Shown here: piece after piece, positions 9,664-18,768 of the stretch
Layout of the letters: each line of letters opens with the position of its first letter
Position numbering within the stretch: the first letter of the stretch is position 1
Assembly: GCA_964513435.1 (NCBI GenBank)
Contig: CAZEMQ010000001.1
Coordinates: forward strand, 5,883 to 69,882
DNA length: 64,000 nucleotides
From: an uncultured Muribaculaceae bacterium
GTDB lineage: Bacteria; Bacillota_I; Bacilli_A; RF39; UBA660
Direction: 5' to 3'
Notes under the pieces: generated by a model
The model's database searches: none
What the model was told of the DNA's origin: nothing
Seen by the model: the letters and a program-made list of their open reading frames with translations, nothing else
Program-made: the position numbers and the translations under genes

Positions 9664-10455
9664 AAATTATCGGGGCTGACGGGTTTTGACAGCGATAATG
9701 ATATAAGTAAGACGTGTAGAGCGCGATCTCTTTAAACGAAGAAAAACAATAAATGCAAACTACAACAAAGTAAGAATGGCTGCCTAAGCAGCTGGCTCAG
9801 TTAATGATATGTTGAGTCGGGTTACAGGAGAGACCTAGAAACAGAAGAGGTGTGCAGAAGAAGGATTATAGAGCCACTGCACTTAACTTGAAAGCCAAAG
9901 GTTAGTAAAGCTGAATCTCCTACTATTGTCTTTAAACAGAAGGGATGTGTGCCTGCGTGGTTGACTCACCACAAACACTCGTTTTCTGCTTTAGCGTTAA
10001 AAAGTAGGTGACGGAAGGTGCTTCAACGGAGCCTTCTAGTTTCTCCAAACTATAAATGGAGTGGTAGATGTTGACTGTTCTAGTCAGTCCTAGTTTGTTA
10101 ATATCATATAACTAAATAAGCTGAACCTCAACAGTTAAAAATAGAGACACACGTTATCTTATTTATTAAATATTGTTGGACGAGGGTTTAATTACGGACC
10201 AGTTAGATGGTGACATCTAATTAAAAATATCGGATGAATTCAGGGAACGCTAAAAATAAAGCTCAGAATCAGCTTTATTCATGCCAATCCTGAGCTAAGC
10301 ACAAGGTACACCTTGTGAAAGTGCAACGACTACCGGAGAAGTTTAGCCTTCTTAATCACCGGCTTGAGCGTCCGACATCTCATTTTGAGATGATGATATA
10401 GTCTAATCTTCTTCGAAAGAAGTATAAGAACATTTTGCGATTCCCTCCAGCTCCA
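9664..10455 (+). ncRNA. ssrA: tmRNA (ssrA), interrupted in the T-loop by a group I intron
   Basis: 5' GGGGCUGACGGGUUUUGACAGCG is a tRNA-like domain start. The resume codon GCA sits ~90 nt in; tag ORF GCA AAC TAC AAC AAA GTA AGA ATG GCT GCC TAA (9755-9787, ANYNKVRMAA). The 3' end GAGGG-TT/CGATT-CCCTC-CAGCTCC-A forms a T-arm and acceptor stem complementary to the 5' end. Confidence 0.7.
10189..10437 (+). other. group I intron (ORF-less, ~249 nt) within the tmRNA T-loop
   Basis: Conserved P AATTCAGGGAAC, Q AATCCTGAGC, R GCAACGACTACC and S GATATAGTCTAA elements in canonical order. The intron ends in G and the upstream exon ends in U. Confidence 0.65.
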
Positions 10456-10473
10456 CGAACTAATTATTTTAAT

Positions 10474-10857
10474 ATGACAACAATAGAAGAATTAGCTAAT
10501 AAAGCATTAGCTAAAAATCCAGAAGATAGAACATACGCAGATAGATATTATATCTGGAAATATGATCGTCTTAAAACAGGAATAAATCCCTACGATGAAG
10601 GTGAAGAAATAGAAATTTATGATGGAACCAAACTTGCTAATAATGAAATAAAGGATGGTTTTGGATGTGATTTTCCAGAGTGGTTTAGAGAATGTGGTAA
10701 ACACTTTGGAGAAAGAGTAAAACTTAAACACAGTAAAGAAGTTCAAACTCTCATAGGAATGTCTTATACGTATGTAGATTGCTATTATATCTTAGAATCT
10801 AACAATAGTAAAATATATACAAGTTGTGTAGAAAGTATAGAATTTTTAGGATATTAA
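10474..10857 (+). CDS. hypothetical protein (start moved to the internal ATG; the track ORF N-terminus overlaps the tmRNA 3' end)
   Basis: Track ORF 10435..10857. Confidence 0.4.
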   Translation: MTTIEELANKALAKNPEDRTYADRYYIWKYDRLKTGINPYDEGEEIEIYDGTKLANNEIKDGFGCDFPEWFRECGKHFGERVKLKHSKEVQTLIGMSYTYVDCYYILESNNSKIYTSCVESIEFLGY

Positions 10858-11117
10858 TTTTAAATTTATTAGAAATGAAAAAAGATTTAAGAGAAACTTG
10901 TATAAATTTGATTTTAGATAATTCTGAAATTAAAAATATTATTTGTTTAATGAGTAATGGTGAAGAATTTAGCGGAATAGTTGAAGGAATAAACGCAGAT
11001 ATTTCATGTCTTCTTTTACAAGCTATGTTAGACAGACCTTATCTTTATCCTATATTTAAAAATGCTGTAGAAACATATATAGAAATAAAATTAGAAAACA
11101 ATAATAAATTAAACTAG
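10824..11117 (+). CDS. hypothetical protein (ends in TAG, then 13 more sense codons to TAA)
   Basis: ORF; the C-terminus is ambiguous under TAG reassignment. Confidence 0.3.
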   Translation: MCRKYRIFRILILNLLEMKKDLRETCINLILDNSEIKNIICLMSNGEEFSGIVEGINADISCLLLQAMLDRPYLYPIFKNAVETYIEIKLENNNKLN

Positions 11118-11332
11118 TTGGTCAAAAGCTGCAAGATCGATTGTTAACCCACATATAGAATATTTGAGTGAGTCTCATCACTAACAAGTCCCATAGTTTT
11201 CAGTAATCTATAAACTGATGACTTTGCTCTACAGTATTTCAACAAGAAACATGTAGAAGTTGTGTCCTACTTTGAAGGATTGAATTATTATTATAAATAA
11301 AAAGGGACTGTTATTTATAAGGTAATTCTTTT

Positions 11333-11363
11333 AAGGTTCTCTATTAAGAGAACCTTTTTTTAA
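11333..11363 (+). terminator. rho-independent terminator
   Basis: AAGGTTCTC-TATTAA-GAGAACCTT plus a T7 run. Confidence 0.65.
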
Positions 11364-11379
11364 CTTTAAACTTGAAAAA

Positions 11380-11664
11380 ATGATTACATATAAAAATATT
11401 ACATTAAATGATGACAAAAAAGAATGTTTTGTTGATAAAAATCAAATAGAACTATCCAAAAATGAATATTTATTATTAAAATTTTTTATAGAAAATCAAA
11501 ACAAGATTTTTAGTAGAAGAGAATTATTAAATAACGTATGGAATAGTAATGTATCTTTAAGAGCTGTGGATACAGCTGTATCAAAATTAAGAAAAAAACT
11601 AGGAATGTCTGGTAACTTTATAAAAACAAGACTTGGATTTGGTTATGGAATTATAAATAATTAA
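11380..11664 (+). CDS. stand-alone OmpR/PhoB-type winged-helix DNA-binding domain protein
   Basis: SRRELLNNVWNSNVSLRAVDTAVSKLRKKLG...TRLGFGY matches the trans_reg_C pattern; no receiver domain. Confidence 0.55.
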   Translation: MITYKNITLNDDKKECFVDKNQIELSKNEYLLLKFFIENQNKIFSRRELLNNVWNSNVSLRAVDTAVSKLRKKLGMSGNFIKTRLGFGYGIINN

Positions 11665-11666
11665 AA

Positions 11667-11879
11667 ATGAAGAATTATAAACTTTATAATGTTGGAGATA
11701 TTGTTCAAATAATATTCTCTCATAGTGATGATCTTGGTAAAATAGGTAAAATAATAGAAGTTAGACCTTCTTTTTGTAAAATAGAAGTTGAAGGTTATCC
11801 AAAGCCGAGAAATCACACTTGGAATCAAGTTAAAAAAATCAATACAGATCAATTAGAAAAAATAGATCAACACGTTTAA
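11667..11879 (+). CDS. hypothetical protein
   Basis: ORF from the track. Confidence 0.3.
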   Translation: MKNYKLYNVGDIVQIIFSHSDDLGKIGKIIEVRPSFCKIEVEGYPKPRNHTWNQVKKINTDQLEKIDQHV

Positions 11880-11895
11880 CAATTAATTTTTTAAT

Positions 11896-13044
11896 ATGAA
11901 AAAATTTTTATTATTGTTAGTAGCAGTATTCACTGTAATTGGAATTAATGCACAAGAGTTAAGAATGCCTAAGTACAAATTTTTGGACAATTGGTCATTA
12001 TCTGCAGGAGTTGGGACAAATATGACATTTTCTGATGAGTATCAATCTATTAAACCTCAAAACTGGGGGCCAGAAATATGGCTATCTTTGAATAAAGATT
12101 GGACTCCAGTCTTAGGGAATAGATTTAGTATTGGTTGGGGACAAAATAATGTTTGTACGATTGGTGAATGGAACGGAACTAAAGATTTCTTACAACAATT
12201 AGCATTGAACCCAAATAGACTGAGTGCTAGTGTGGATTTTACTATCAACCCGTTAAATTTGTTTAGTTATAATTATGACCGAAGATTTAATGTTTTGGCG
12301 ATTGTTGGCGTAGGTTATGCTCACTTATTTGAGAAGTCAACTACAGTGGACGATGTTACTGCTTCATTAAAGAAGAATAATTTCTTAGTTCCTAAAGTTG
12401 GACTTCAAGTTAACTATAAAGTTTCCGATCCTATACTTGTATTTGTAGAGAGCAACTTCCGAGTATATGACGATAAACTGGATGGATTGGTTGCTGCAGC
12501 ACAATACGATGCTGATTTGACATTGACTGCTGGTATTACTTATAGATTCAAAAACCACGATGGATCAAGAGGATTTAATTATATTCTTTCCTATGATCAA
12601 GAACATATAGACGCGTTGAATGATGAGATAAATGACCTGAGAAAAAAGTTGGCAGCTAAACCTACAGAAGTTATAGTACATGATACAGTAACTGTAAATA
12701 CAGAAACTGTTAATAACATTTCTACCCCTATGACGATTAGATTTGTAGCTGATTCTTATGATGTTGCTGATGATCAATCAGCTAATCTAGAAAATCTTGC
12801 TACATTTCTAAAGGATAATGAATCAGTTAATGTATCTATTATAGGATATGCTGATGCTGAAACAGGAACTTCTGACTATAATCAACAACTTTCAGAAAAA
12901 AGAGCGGAAGCTGTAAAAGATATACTTGTAACAAAATATGGTATTGATTCCAGTAGATTGACAGTATCAGCTGAAGGTGATAAAGTACAACAATATTCTA
13001 CTAATAATTGGAATAGAGCTGTCATTATTACTTCCAATGTATAA
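11896..13044 (+). CDS. OmpA-family outer-membrane protein (signal peptide + C-terminal OmpA domain)
   Basis: MKKFLLLLVAVFTVIGINAQ signal. C-terminus IIGYADAETGTSDYNQQLSEKRAEAV...NRAV fits the OmpA_C consensus. Confidence 0.6.
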   Translation: MKKFLLLLVAVFTVIGINAQELRMPKYKFLDNWSLSAGVGTNMTFSDEYQSIKPQNWGPEIWLSLNKDWTPVLGNRFSIGWGQNNVCTIGEWNGTKDFLQQLALNPNRLSASVDFTINPLNLFSYNYDRRFNVLAIVGVGYAHLFEKSTTVDDVTASLKKNNFLVPKVGLQVNYKVSDPILVFVESNFRVYDDKLDGLVAAAQYDADLTLTAGITYRFKNHDGSRGFNYILSYDQEHIDALNDEINDLRKKLAAKPTEVIVHDTVTVNTETVNNISTPMTIRFVADSYDVADDQSANLENLATFLKDNESVNVSIIGYADAETGTSDYNQQLSEKRAEAVKDILVTKYGIDSSRLTVSAEGDKVQQYSTNNWNRAVIITSNV

Positions 13045-13053
13045 TGAAAATAG

Positions 13054-13081
13054 CAAGAGATGATATTTCATCTCTTGTTTT
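13054..13081 (+). terminator. terminator hairpin
   Basis: CAAGAGATGA-TATT-TCATCTCTTG plus TTTT. Confidence 0.5.
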
Positions 13082-13154
13082 GCCTCTGTGATGTAATGGA
13101 TTAGCATATTTCTCTTCTAAAGAAATCGTTAGAGTTCGAATCTCTACAGAGGTA
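13082..13154 (+). tRNA. tRNA-Arg (anticodon UCU)
   Basis: Cloverleaf: acceptor GCCTCTG/CAGAGGT, anticodon stem TTTCT/AGAAA, loop CTTCTAA, T-arm TAGAG-TTCGAAT-CTCTA. Confidence 0.75.
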
Positions 13155-13190
13155 CTTATATGTTCTAATAAATATTAAAATATAACTTAA

Positions 13191-14315
13191 ATGAATACAC
13201 CTAACGTTGTTTGGCTTAAGAATGATAGAATTCTTAAGCAGGTTGATGACACGATTCAGGTAGTTGATAAGTTACCTAAGCGTGTATACACTATGAACTT
13301 CAATCCGGATTGTCGTGAAATCTTCTTAGAGGATTTTGCTGATGAATTTCATTTTGATTTCAAGATTTACGGTATGGAATCGAGGTTGATAGAGCATATT
13401 ATGACTACCTTCGAGAATACAACCTCTAATCTTGGAATTTTGTTTAATGGAACTAAGGGAACTGGTAAAACTATCACTGCCAAGATTATAGCAAATAAAA
13501 CTAATCTTCCTGTAATTTTGATTAACGCTCCATACCCTGGACTTGCTGATTTTATTTCTAAAATTAACAGTTCTTGTGTATTATTCTTTGATGAATTTGA
13601 GAAGAATTTCGATACAGAAAAAGGGCATGATCTTGAACTTCTGTCCGTAATGGATGGTGTATTCAATAGTCCTTACAGAAGAGTGTTTCTCTTGACTGCG
13701 AATAAACTGTATATCAATGAGAACTTCATTGGTCGTCCGTCAAGAATCAGATATAAGAAGTCATTCGAAAATCTATCCACGGATGTAATCATGGAATACT
13801 TGGACGATTGTTTGAAAGACAAGAGTAAGGTACAGGAGGTACTCACCTTCATTGACTCCCTAGCTATATCTACTATTGATATTCTTAAGACTATAGTTGA
13901 GGAGCTTAACATTCACAAGTGTTCTATCAATGATTTCAAGAACTTCATAAACGTAGAACAAGCAAAATATTCCTATTTAGTTCAATATTGTTATTATGAC
14001 GTGAATGAAAAAAATTCTATTGCCATCTTCAGGAACACTTTAGCTAAGGTTGGAACTAAGGACAAAGACGGTGATGGTGGAGAATATACGCTTGATGAAA
14101 ATGATCTCGATATTTATCGTGTACGAGTAGGCTCGATGATCGCTGCAGACTTGTTAAAGATTGGAGATCCGTTTGGAGGCTACGGCTTAGTAGTCGAATC
14201 TCTTACCGCAGATGGTATCCTTGTAACCGAAACAAAAGAAGGTAGTAGGTATTACTTCAAGATATGCAACTTGGAAGACAGACCTTCACTGTATAGAGGT
14301 GGTCTTGCATTCTGA
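13191..14315 (+). CDS. AAA+ ATPase (clamp-loader-like?)
   Basis: Walker A GTKGTGKT; Walker B LFFDEFE. Confidence 0.5.
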   Translation: MNTPNVVWLKNDRILKQVDDTIQVVDKLPKRVYTMNFNPDCREIFLEDFADEFHFDFKIYGMESRLIEHIMTTFENTTSNLGILFNGTKGTGKTITAKIIANKTNLPVILINAPYPGLADFISKINSSCVLFFDEFEKNFDTEKGHDLELLSVMDGVFNSPYRRVFLLTANKLYINENFIGRPSRIRYKKSFENLSTDVIMEYLDDCLKDKSKVQEVLTFIDSLAISTIDILKTIVEELNIHKCSINDFKNFINVEQAKYSYLVQYCYYDVNEKNSIAIFRNTLAKVGTKDKDGDGGEYTLDENDLDIYRVRVGSMIAADLLKIGDPFGGYGLVVESLTADGILVTETKEGSRYYFKICNLEDRPSLYRGGLAF

Positions 14316-14353
14316 TAAATTATTAAGTGCTAGGAGTGTTCTTAGCACTTTAT

Positions 14354-14439
14354 GCTGAGATGGCGGAATTGGTAGACGCATCAGAATTAAAATCTGATGG
14401 GCAGTAATGCCCGTGTGGGTTCGAGTCCCATTCCCAGTA
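14354..14439 (+). tRNA. tRNA-Leu (anticodon UAA), long variable arm
   Basis: GCTGAGA-TG-GCGGAATTGGTAGACGC...; anticodon loop ATTAAAA; T-arm GTGGGTTCGAGTCCCAT. Confidence 0.75.
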
Positions 14440-14456
14440 CTAATACTTAAAGAATT

Positions 14457-14660
14457 ATGAATAGAATTGATGCAAATTTAAAATTGTTAGAGATTCTTAG
14501 AGAAACTCTGTGTAAAAATCCAGAACTTAGATTTATTCAAGCTCTCTGGTATTTAAACATTATAGATTTCAATTCAATGGAAAAGATGTCTGGACAAATA
14601 ATAGATAGGTTTTATGAAGAACCTGTTAATACTCTTAAAAGAATAGGATATGGTGAATAA
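14457..14660 (+). CDS. hypothetical protein
   Basis: ORF from the track. Confidence 0.3.
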   Translation: MNRIDANLKLLEILRETLCKNPELRFIQALWYLNIIDFNSMEKMSGQIIDRFYEEPVNTLKRIGYGE

Positions 14661-14814
14661 GGGTTTGTAGTAACCAGAAGCTCCACTCCTGAAACCCCTT
14701 GCCTATTTACAATGCATACGGTCCACGACGTAATGTCAAGAGCGCAGTTAGGGAGCTTATTTGAATATTGAAGTTAATTAAATAAATTATTTTTTATAAT
14801 TTAATTTAGTAAAT

Positions 14815-15078
14815 GTGAAACAGGAAACTTTTATATGTCAATGTAACAGTATAGAACATCAATTAACCTATACTTATTTTGAAGATGAAAACGGAAGTGA
14901 AATTTATGTAACAGTTCATCTAGTCCCAGATACTTTTTGGCAACGTGTGAAAAAAGGTATTAAATATATTTTTGGATACAGATCTCAATATGGAGATTTT
15001 GATGAATTTATATTTAAAAAAGAAGATGCAGATAAACTCCAAATGATTGTTGATTATCTAAAAAATAGTGGAAATTGA
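14815..15078 (+). CDS. hypothetical protein
   Basis: ORF from the track. Confidence 0.3.
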   Translation: MKQETFICQCNSIEHQLTYTYFEDENGSEIYVTVHLVPDTFWQRVKKGIKYIFGYRSQYGDFDEFIFKKEDADKLQMIVDYLKNSGN

Positions 15079-15168
15079 TATAGCTCACCATATTGTAGAA
15101 TAAAAGAGAACACATTTGGAGAAAGTAGAGATGTAGTAGAATTATTGTTGTAAATAAAGTTAATTAAA

Positions 15169-15594
15169 GTGGATTATGTAATATATACAGATGGAGCTTA
15201 TAGTTATTCTAGAGATAAAATGGGTATTGGATTAGTAATACTTAAAAAATCCAAGCTAATTCTGAAATACTCAAAAATGTTTATAGGAGGAACTAACAAT
15301 CAAGCCGAATTGCTGGCAATAATTATTAGCTTAAAACTTATAAAAAGACCTATAAATTCCTTGTTGATTATTTCTGATAGTATGTATTGCATCGGTTGTA
15401 TATCTCTAGGTTGGAAAAGAGAAAAAAATGTAAAATTCTGGGAATTATTTGATAAAGAATTTACTAGAGTTAAATTGTTATGTCCAAATATTGAGTTTAA
15501 ACATACAAGAGGGCATCAAAATAATAATTCCGATGATGGTAAATGGAATAATATTGTTGATAAACTTGCTAAAGAAGCCTCGTATCGTATATAA
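15169..15594 (+). CDS. rnhA: ribonuclease H
   Basis: YTDGA, NNQAELLA, ISDSMY and HTRGH...DKLA match RNase HI catalytic motifs. Confidence 0.6.
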   Translation: MDYVIYTDGAYSYSRDKMGIGLVILKKSKLILKYSKMFIGGTNNQAELLAIIISLKLIKRPINSLLIISDSMYCIGCISLGWKREKNVKFWELFDKEFTRVKLLCPNIEFKHTRGHQNNNSDDGKWNNIVDKLAKEASYRI

Positions 15595-15605
15595 AAATAA
15601 ATATC

Positions 15606-16001
15606 ATGAAATTAAGAAATTCTCCTAATAAAAGATTAATAAAAAAAATTATACAGTTTAAACCTTATGATTATGGTTTTCTATTAGAATTAGAAAAAGA
15701 ATGTCTTTTAAATATGTATAATTTTTTTATTAGTGATAATACACATCTTGCAAATTCAGAGGAAGTTGCTAAGGATATTAAACTTGCTTTGAAACTATTA
15801 GAAATTGTTTTAGATGATGAATCTCTAGTTAAAACTTCACAAGGATATATTTATACTAAATATGTAAACACTAGAAATCAAAAAAGATTTATTAAGTATT
15901 ATTATAATACCGCTTTTCATCAAATGAGTTTACGTGAAACTAAAGCATGGTATTTATATAATAAATTGAGATATTACAAATTATTTACATTTTGGGATTA
16001 A
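15606..16001 (+). CDS. hypothetical protein
   Basis: ORF from the track. Confidence 0.3.
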   Translation: MKLRNSPNKRLIKKIIQFKPYDYGFLLELEKECLLNMYNFFISDNTHLANSEEVAKDIKLALKLLEIVLDDESLVKTSQGYIYTKYVNTRNQKRFIKYYYNTAFHQMSLRETKAWYLYNKLRYYKLFTFWD

Positions 16002-16150
16002 AATAATTATGAAACACAAGAAACGTTTAAAAAATCTCGAACTGGCTAAAGTCTGGTGGGACAAACAAAGTGAAGAATATAAACGTGCAACTACCCGTCC
16101 TGGTGGTATAAACCAAAGAGTAGTTACTGGAAAACAATAAAGTTTGAATT

Positions 16151-16432
16151 ATGGTTATAGAAGAAAAAGATTTTAGATTAACTCCAATTAACGATCACAG
16201 TCCGTTGTTTGATTTGGAATTGTTATATACAATTAAACCAAAAAACAAAGAAATTAGAGAAGAGTTCAAAAACGTAGCTTATGGTGTAGGACTTGATTAT
16301 GCAATTCAAAAAATAGCTCATTTTCGAGTTAATAATAAGCATAGAGAAGAAGCTATAAGTTTAGTAGCATATATCGAAAAATTCAAAAAAGAACTAGAAC
16401 TGGTGAAAGACATATGCAAAGGACTGAAGTAA
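16151..16432 (+). CDS. hypothetical protein
   Basis: ORF from the track. Confidence 0.3.
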   Translation: MVIEEKDFRLTPINDHSPLFDLELLYTIKPKNKEIREEFKNVAYGVGLDYAIQKIAHFRVNNKHREEAISLVAYIEKFKKELELVKDICKGLK

Positions 16433-16887
16433 AAAATATTGTTAAACGTTTAAATCATTTATGTAAATGTTTACATGATATGTACGATATTAATTATGGA
16501 GGATGCTGTTATGTAGCATATATAATAGCAAAACATCTTGATTTACTAGGTATAAAATATAATTTAGTAGTATGTGATGATCTAAAAAGAAACGAAAAAG
16601 AAATAAATCTTGAAGTACATAATAAAGTTAAAAATTGTAATTATAAAACATCTGTAGTGAATTGCACTTGTAATCATTATTGTATTAATATAATAGGAGT
16701 TGGGCATATAAATAGAGGTAAATGTAAATATCCACATAAATATTTTATTAAAAATATTGACAATGCTCATATAAAATGGATTTACAATAATGGTTCATGG
16801 AATGAACGATATGACAAGAAAAGGAATAAAATTGTTAGTAATATGATTAATAATTTCTTTAAAGAATATGAAGAAAATAATTTATAA
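16414..16887 (+). CDS. hypothetical Cys-rich protein
   Basis: ORF with multiple Cys/His pairs. Confidence 0.3.
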   Translation: MQRTEVKNIVKRLNHLCKCLHDMYDINYGGCCYVAYIIAKHLDLLGIKYNLVVCDDLKRNEKEINLEVHNKVKNCNYKTSVVNCTCNHYCINIIGVGHINRGKCKYPHKYFIKNIDNAHIKWIYNNGSWNERYDKKRNKIVSNMINNFFKEYEENNL

Positions 16888-16987
16888 TTCTAGTAAAGTG
16901 ACGAAATGTCCAAGATGTAAAGAATCAACAAAACATTTCCTATATATATAAAATTTATAAATGTTCATTTTGTAATAATATACACGC

Positions 16988-17422
16988 ATGAAAAAGAAAA
17001 TAAAAAAAATTGATGACGACAAAGTAAATGTTTATGACGATGATTTGATGATCGAACTTGGTTTGAGATGTCCTAAATTTATTCCAAGAGATGAAAGTTT
17101 ATGGACAAAAACTGAAAAAGAGAAAAAAATCTTGAAGAAAGAACGTTGTAGACATAAAGGGAAAATGCACTTTCATTCTATACCATATAAAAGTATTCCA
17201 GTAGAAGCTAAACTTATAGTTTATCTAAAAAAGAATAACATTTTTCCTCGTACTACATACTCAACTAAATGTTTACAAAGTGATATAAATAACATCCTTT
17301 CTAAATATTATGTACAGAACAGTAAAGATAAACGTGAAGAATGTTTGATAGTTAAATATAAATATAATGATATAGAGTACAGACCAGATGAACGACCAGT
17401 CTGGACAAACTTATCTGTATAA
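16988..17422 (+). CDS. hypothetical protein
   Basis: ORF from the track. Confidence 0.3.
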   Translation: MKKKIKKIDDDKVNVYDDDLMIELGLRCPKFIPRDESLWTKTEKEKKILKKERCRHKGKMHFHSIPYKSIPVEAKLIVYLKKNNIFPRTTYSTKCLQSDINNILSKYYVQNSKDKREECLIVKYKYNDIEYRPDERPVWTNLSV

Positions 17423-17720
17423 CGGATTTAGAATATCTATTCTTCCATATTTCTTGTACGAAATATGTATAAGTAAATATTGGAAGGATAGATATTGTGT
17501 TATAGGAACTAAATTTTATAAATCGAATAAACCTCTAACAATTAAAAATTATAGAATATTTAAGCGTTACGAGGATCACATAATAGAAAAAACAATTTCT
17601 TTACTAGCAGTTCCTAATAGTTTTATAGAAGAAAATAATATACAAACTTATACAACTAAAAAGAAAAATGGAAAAAATGATAGAAGAAAAAGTAGAAGTA
17701 TTACAAGATCGCATCATTGA
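17388..17720 (+). CDS. hypothetical protein
   Basis: ORF from the track. Confidence 0.25.
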   Translation: MNDQSGQTYLYNGFRISILPYFLYEICISKYWKDRYCVIGTKFYKSNKPLTIKNYRIFKRYEDHIIEKTISLLAVPNSFIEENNIQTYTTKKKNGKNDRRKSRSITRSHH

Positions 17721-18159
17721 TTTTGCAGGAATGGAACATCCTTTTGTTTTAGCAGCTCTTGTTGAAGAACGACATCTTAGTTTAGGTTTATCTATTTGTC
17801 ATCCAGATGACAAATTTGATGAAAAAGTAGGAATATTAAAAGCTATTGGTAGAGCTAGATATAATCCAGTAGCCATTACGGTTGGTAAAAAAGGTTATCT
17901 TGAAATTACATTAATCAGGGCTTTTCTAAATCAAGAATCAGAGTACATAAAAAGAAATCCAGAAGCATTTATACCTGGATATAAAGAAGCTAAGGAAAAA
18001 TACATGAAGAAAAAGGAAATGGAATCCATTAAGAATAATTTTTCTGAAATTGAAAGAATTGTTGTAGAAAAATGTATAGAAAATCCTAAATTCCTAGATA
18101 ACGTTGATAGATATTTAACATGGATAAATCGGAAAAAATGCAAACAAAGTGGAAAGTAA
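17668..18159 (+). CDS. hypothetical protein
   Basis: ORF from the track. Confidence 0.3.
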   Translation: MEKMIEEKVEVLQDRIIDFAGMEHPFVLAALVEERHLSLGLSICHPDDKFDEKVGILKAIGRARYNPVAITVGKKGYLEITLIRAFLNQESEYIKRNPEAFIPGYKEAKEKYMKKKEMESIKNNFSEIERIVVEKCIENPKFLDNVDRYLTWINRKKCKQSGK

Positions 18160-18476
18160 TTCTAATTATATCGATAATAGTAAATCTTATTTTAATGTTC
18201 ATTTTATCTAATGTGTCAAGGGGTACTTCAGTTAGTAATCATATATATATAGAAAAAATAGATTCATTAGAAGAAGAGCTTAACGTTTTGCATAAAAAAA
18301 GAGATTCCATTAGATATATAGTTGATACTATAACTATTAAAATAAATACTAATAATGAAAATTATGAAAAAGCTCTTGATACTATTTTTTCTAATTCTGT
18401 TGACGATGACTACTTGTTTTTCACAGAATATATTGAACAAAATAAATCAAGATTCTACGATAGTAATAACGACTGA
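18120..18476 (+). CDS. membrane-anchored hypothetical protein
   Basis: N-terminal TM helix. Confidence 0.3.
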   Translation: MDKSEKMQTKWKVILIISIIVNLILMFILSNVSRGTSVSNHIYIEKIDSLEEELNVLHKKRDSIRYIVDTITIKINTNNENYEKALDTIFSNSVDDDYLFFTEYIEQNKSRFYDSNND

Positions 18477-18768
18477 ACAAGTAAAAGTTGCAAATTTAAT
18501 TTTTGTAGAACATCAAAAACTTTCAGTTGAAAATGAATTACTTTCAGAACAAATCCTAAATTATAAACAAGAAATAGAATTAACAGCAATCCAAGACTCC
18601 ATTAGAATATTAGAGTTAGATAATTATAAAGAATCCTTAAAAAATTGTAGCGTTCAGACACAGGAATTGAGGGGAGAATTAGCAAAAAAAGATAAGCAAC
18701 TTTTGATATGGAAAATTGGAGGTATTACTGTAAGTGTAGGTATGTTGATTGGATTATTATTAAAATGA
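18355..18768 (+). CDS. secreted/coiled-coil protein with C-terminal TM helix
   Basis: Signal-like N-terminus, heptad repeats, C-terminal hydrophobic segment. Confidence 0.3.
   Translation: MKIMKKLLILFFLILLTMTTCFSQNILNKINQDSTIVITTEQVKVANLIFVEHQKLSVENELLSEQILNYKQEIELTAIQDSIRILELDNYKESLKNCSVQTQELRGELAKKDKQLLIWKIGGITVSVGMLIGLLLK

Noticed and set aside
10435-10473. N-terminal 13 codons of track ORF 10435..10857
   Set aside because: They overlap the tmRNA 3' exon and acceptor stem. The internal ATG at 10474 is the more plausible start.
13082-13154. Possible amber-suppressor tRNA (CTA in the anticodon region)
   Set aside because: With the stem TTTCT/AGAAA the 7-nt loop is CTTCTAA. This places TCT (Arg) at positions 34-36. 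The CTA reading would require a non-pairing stem.
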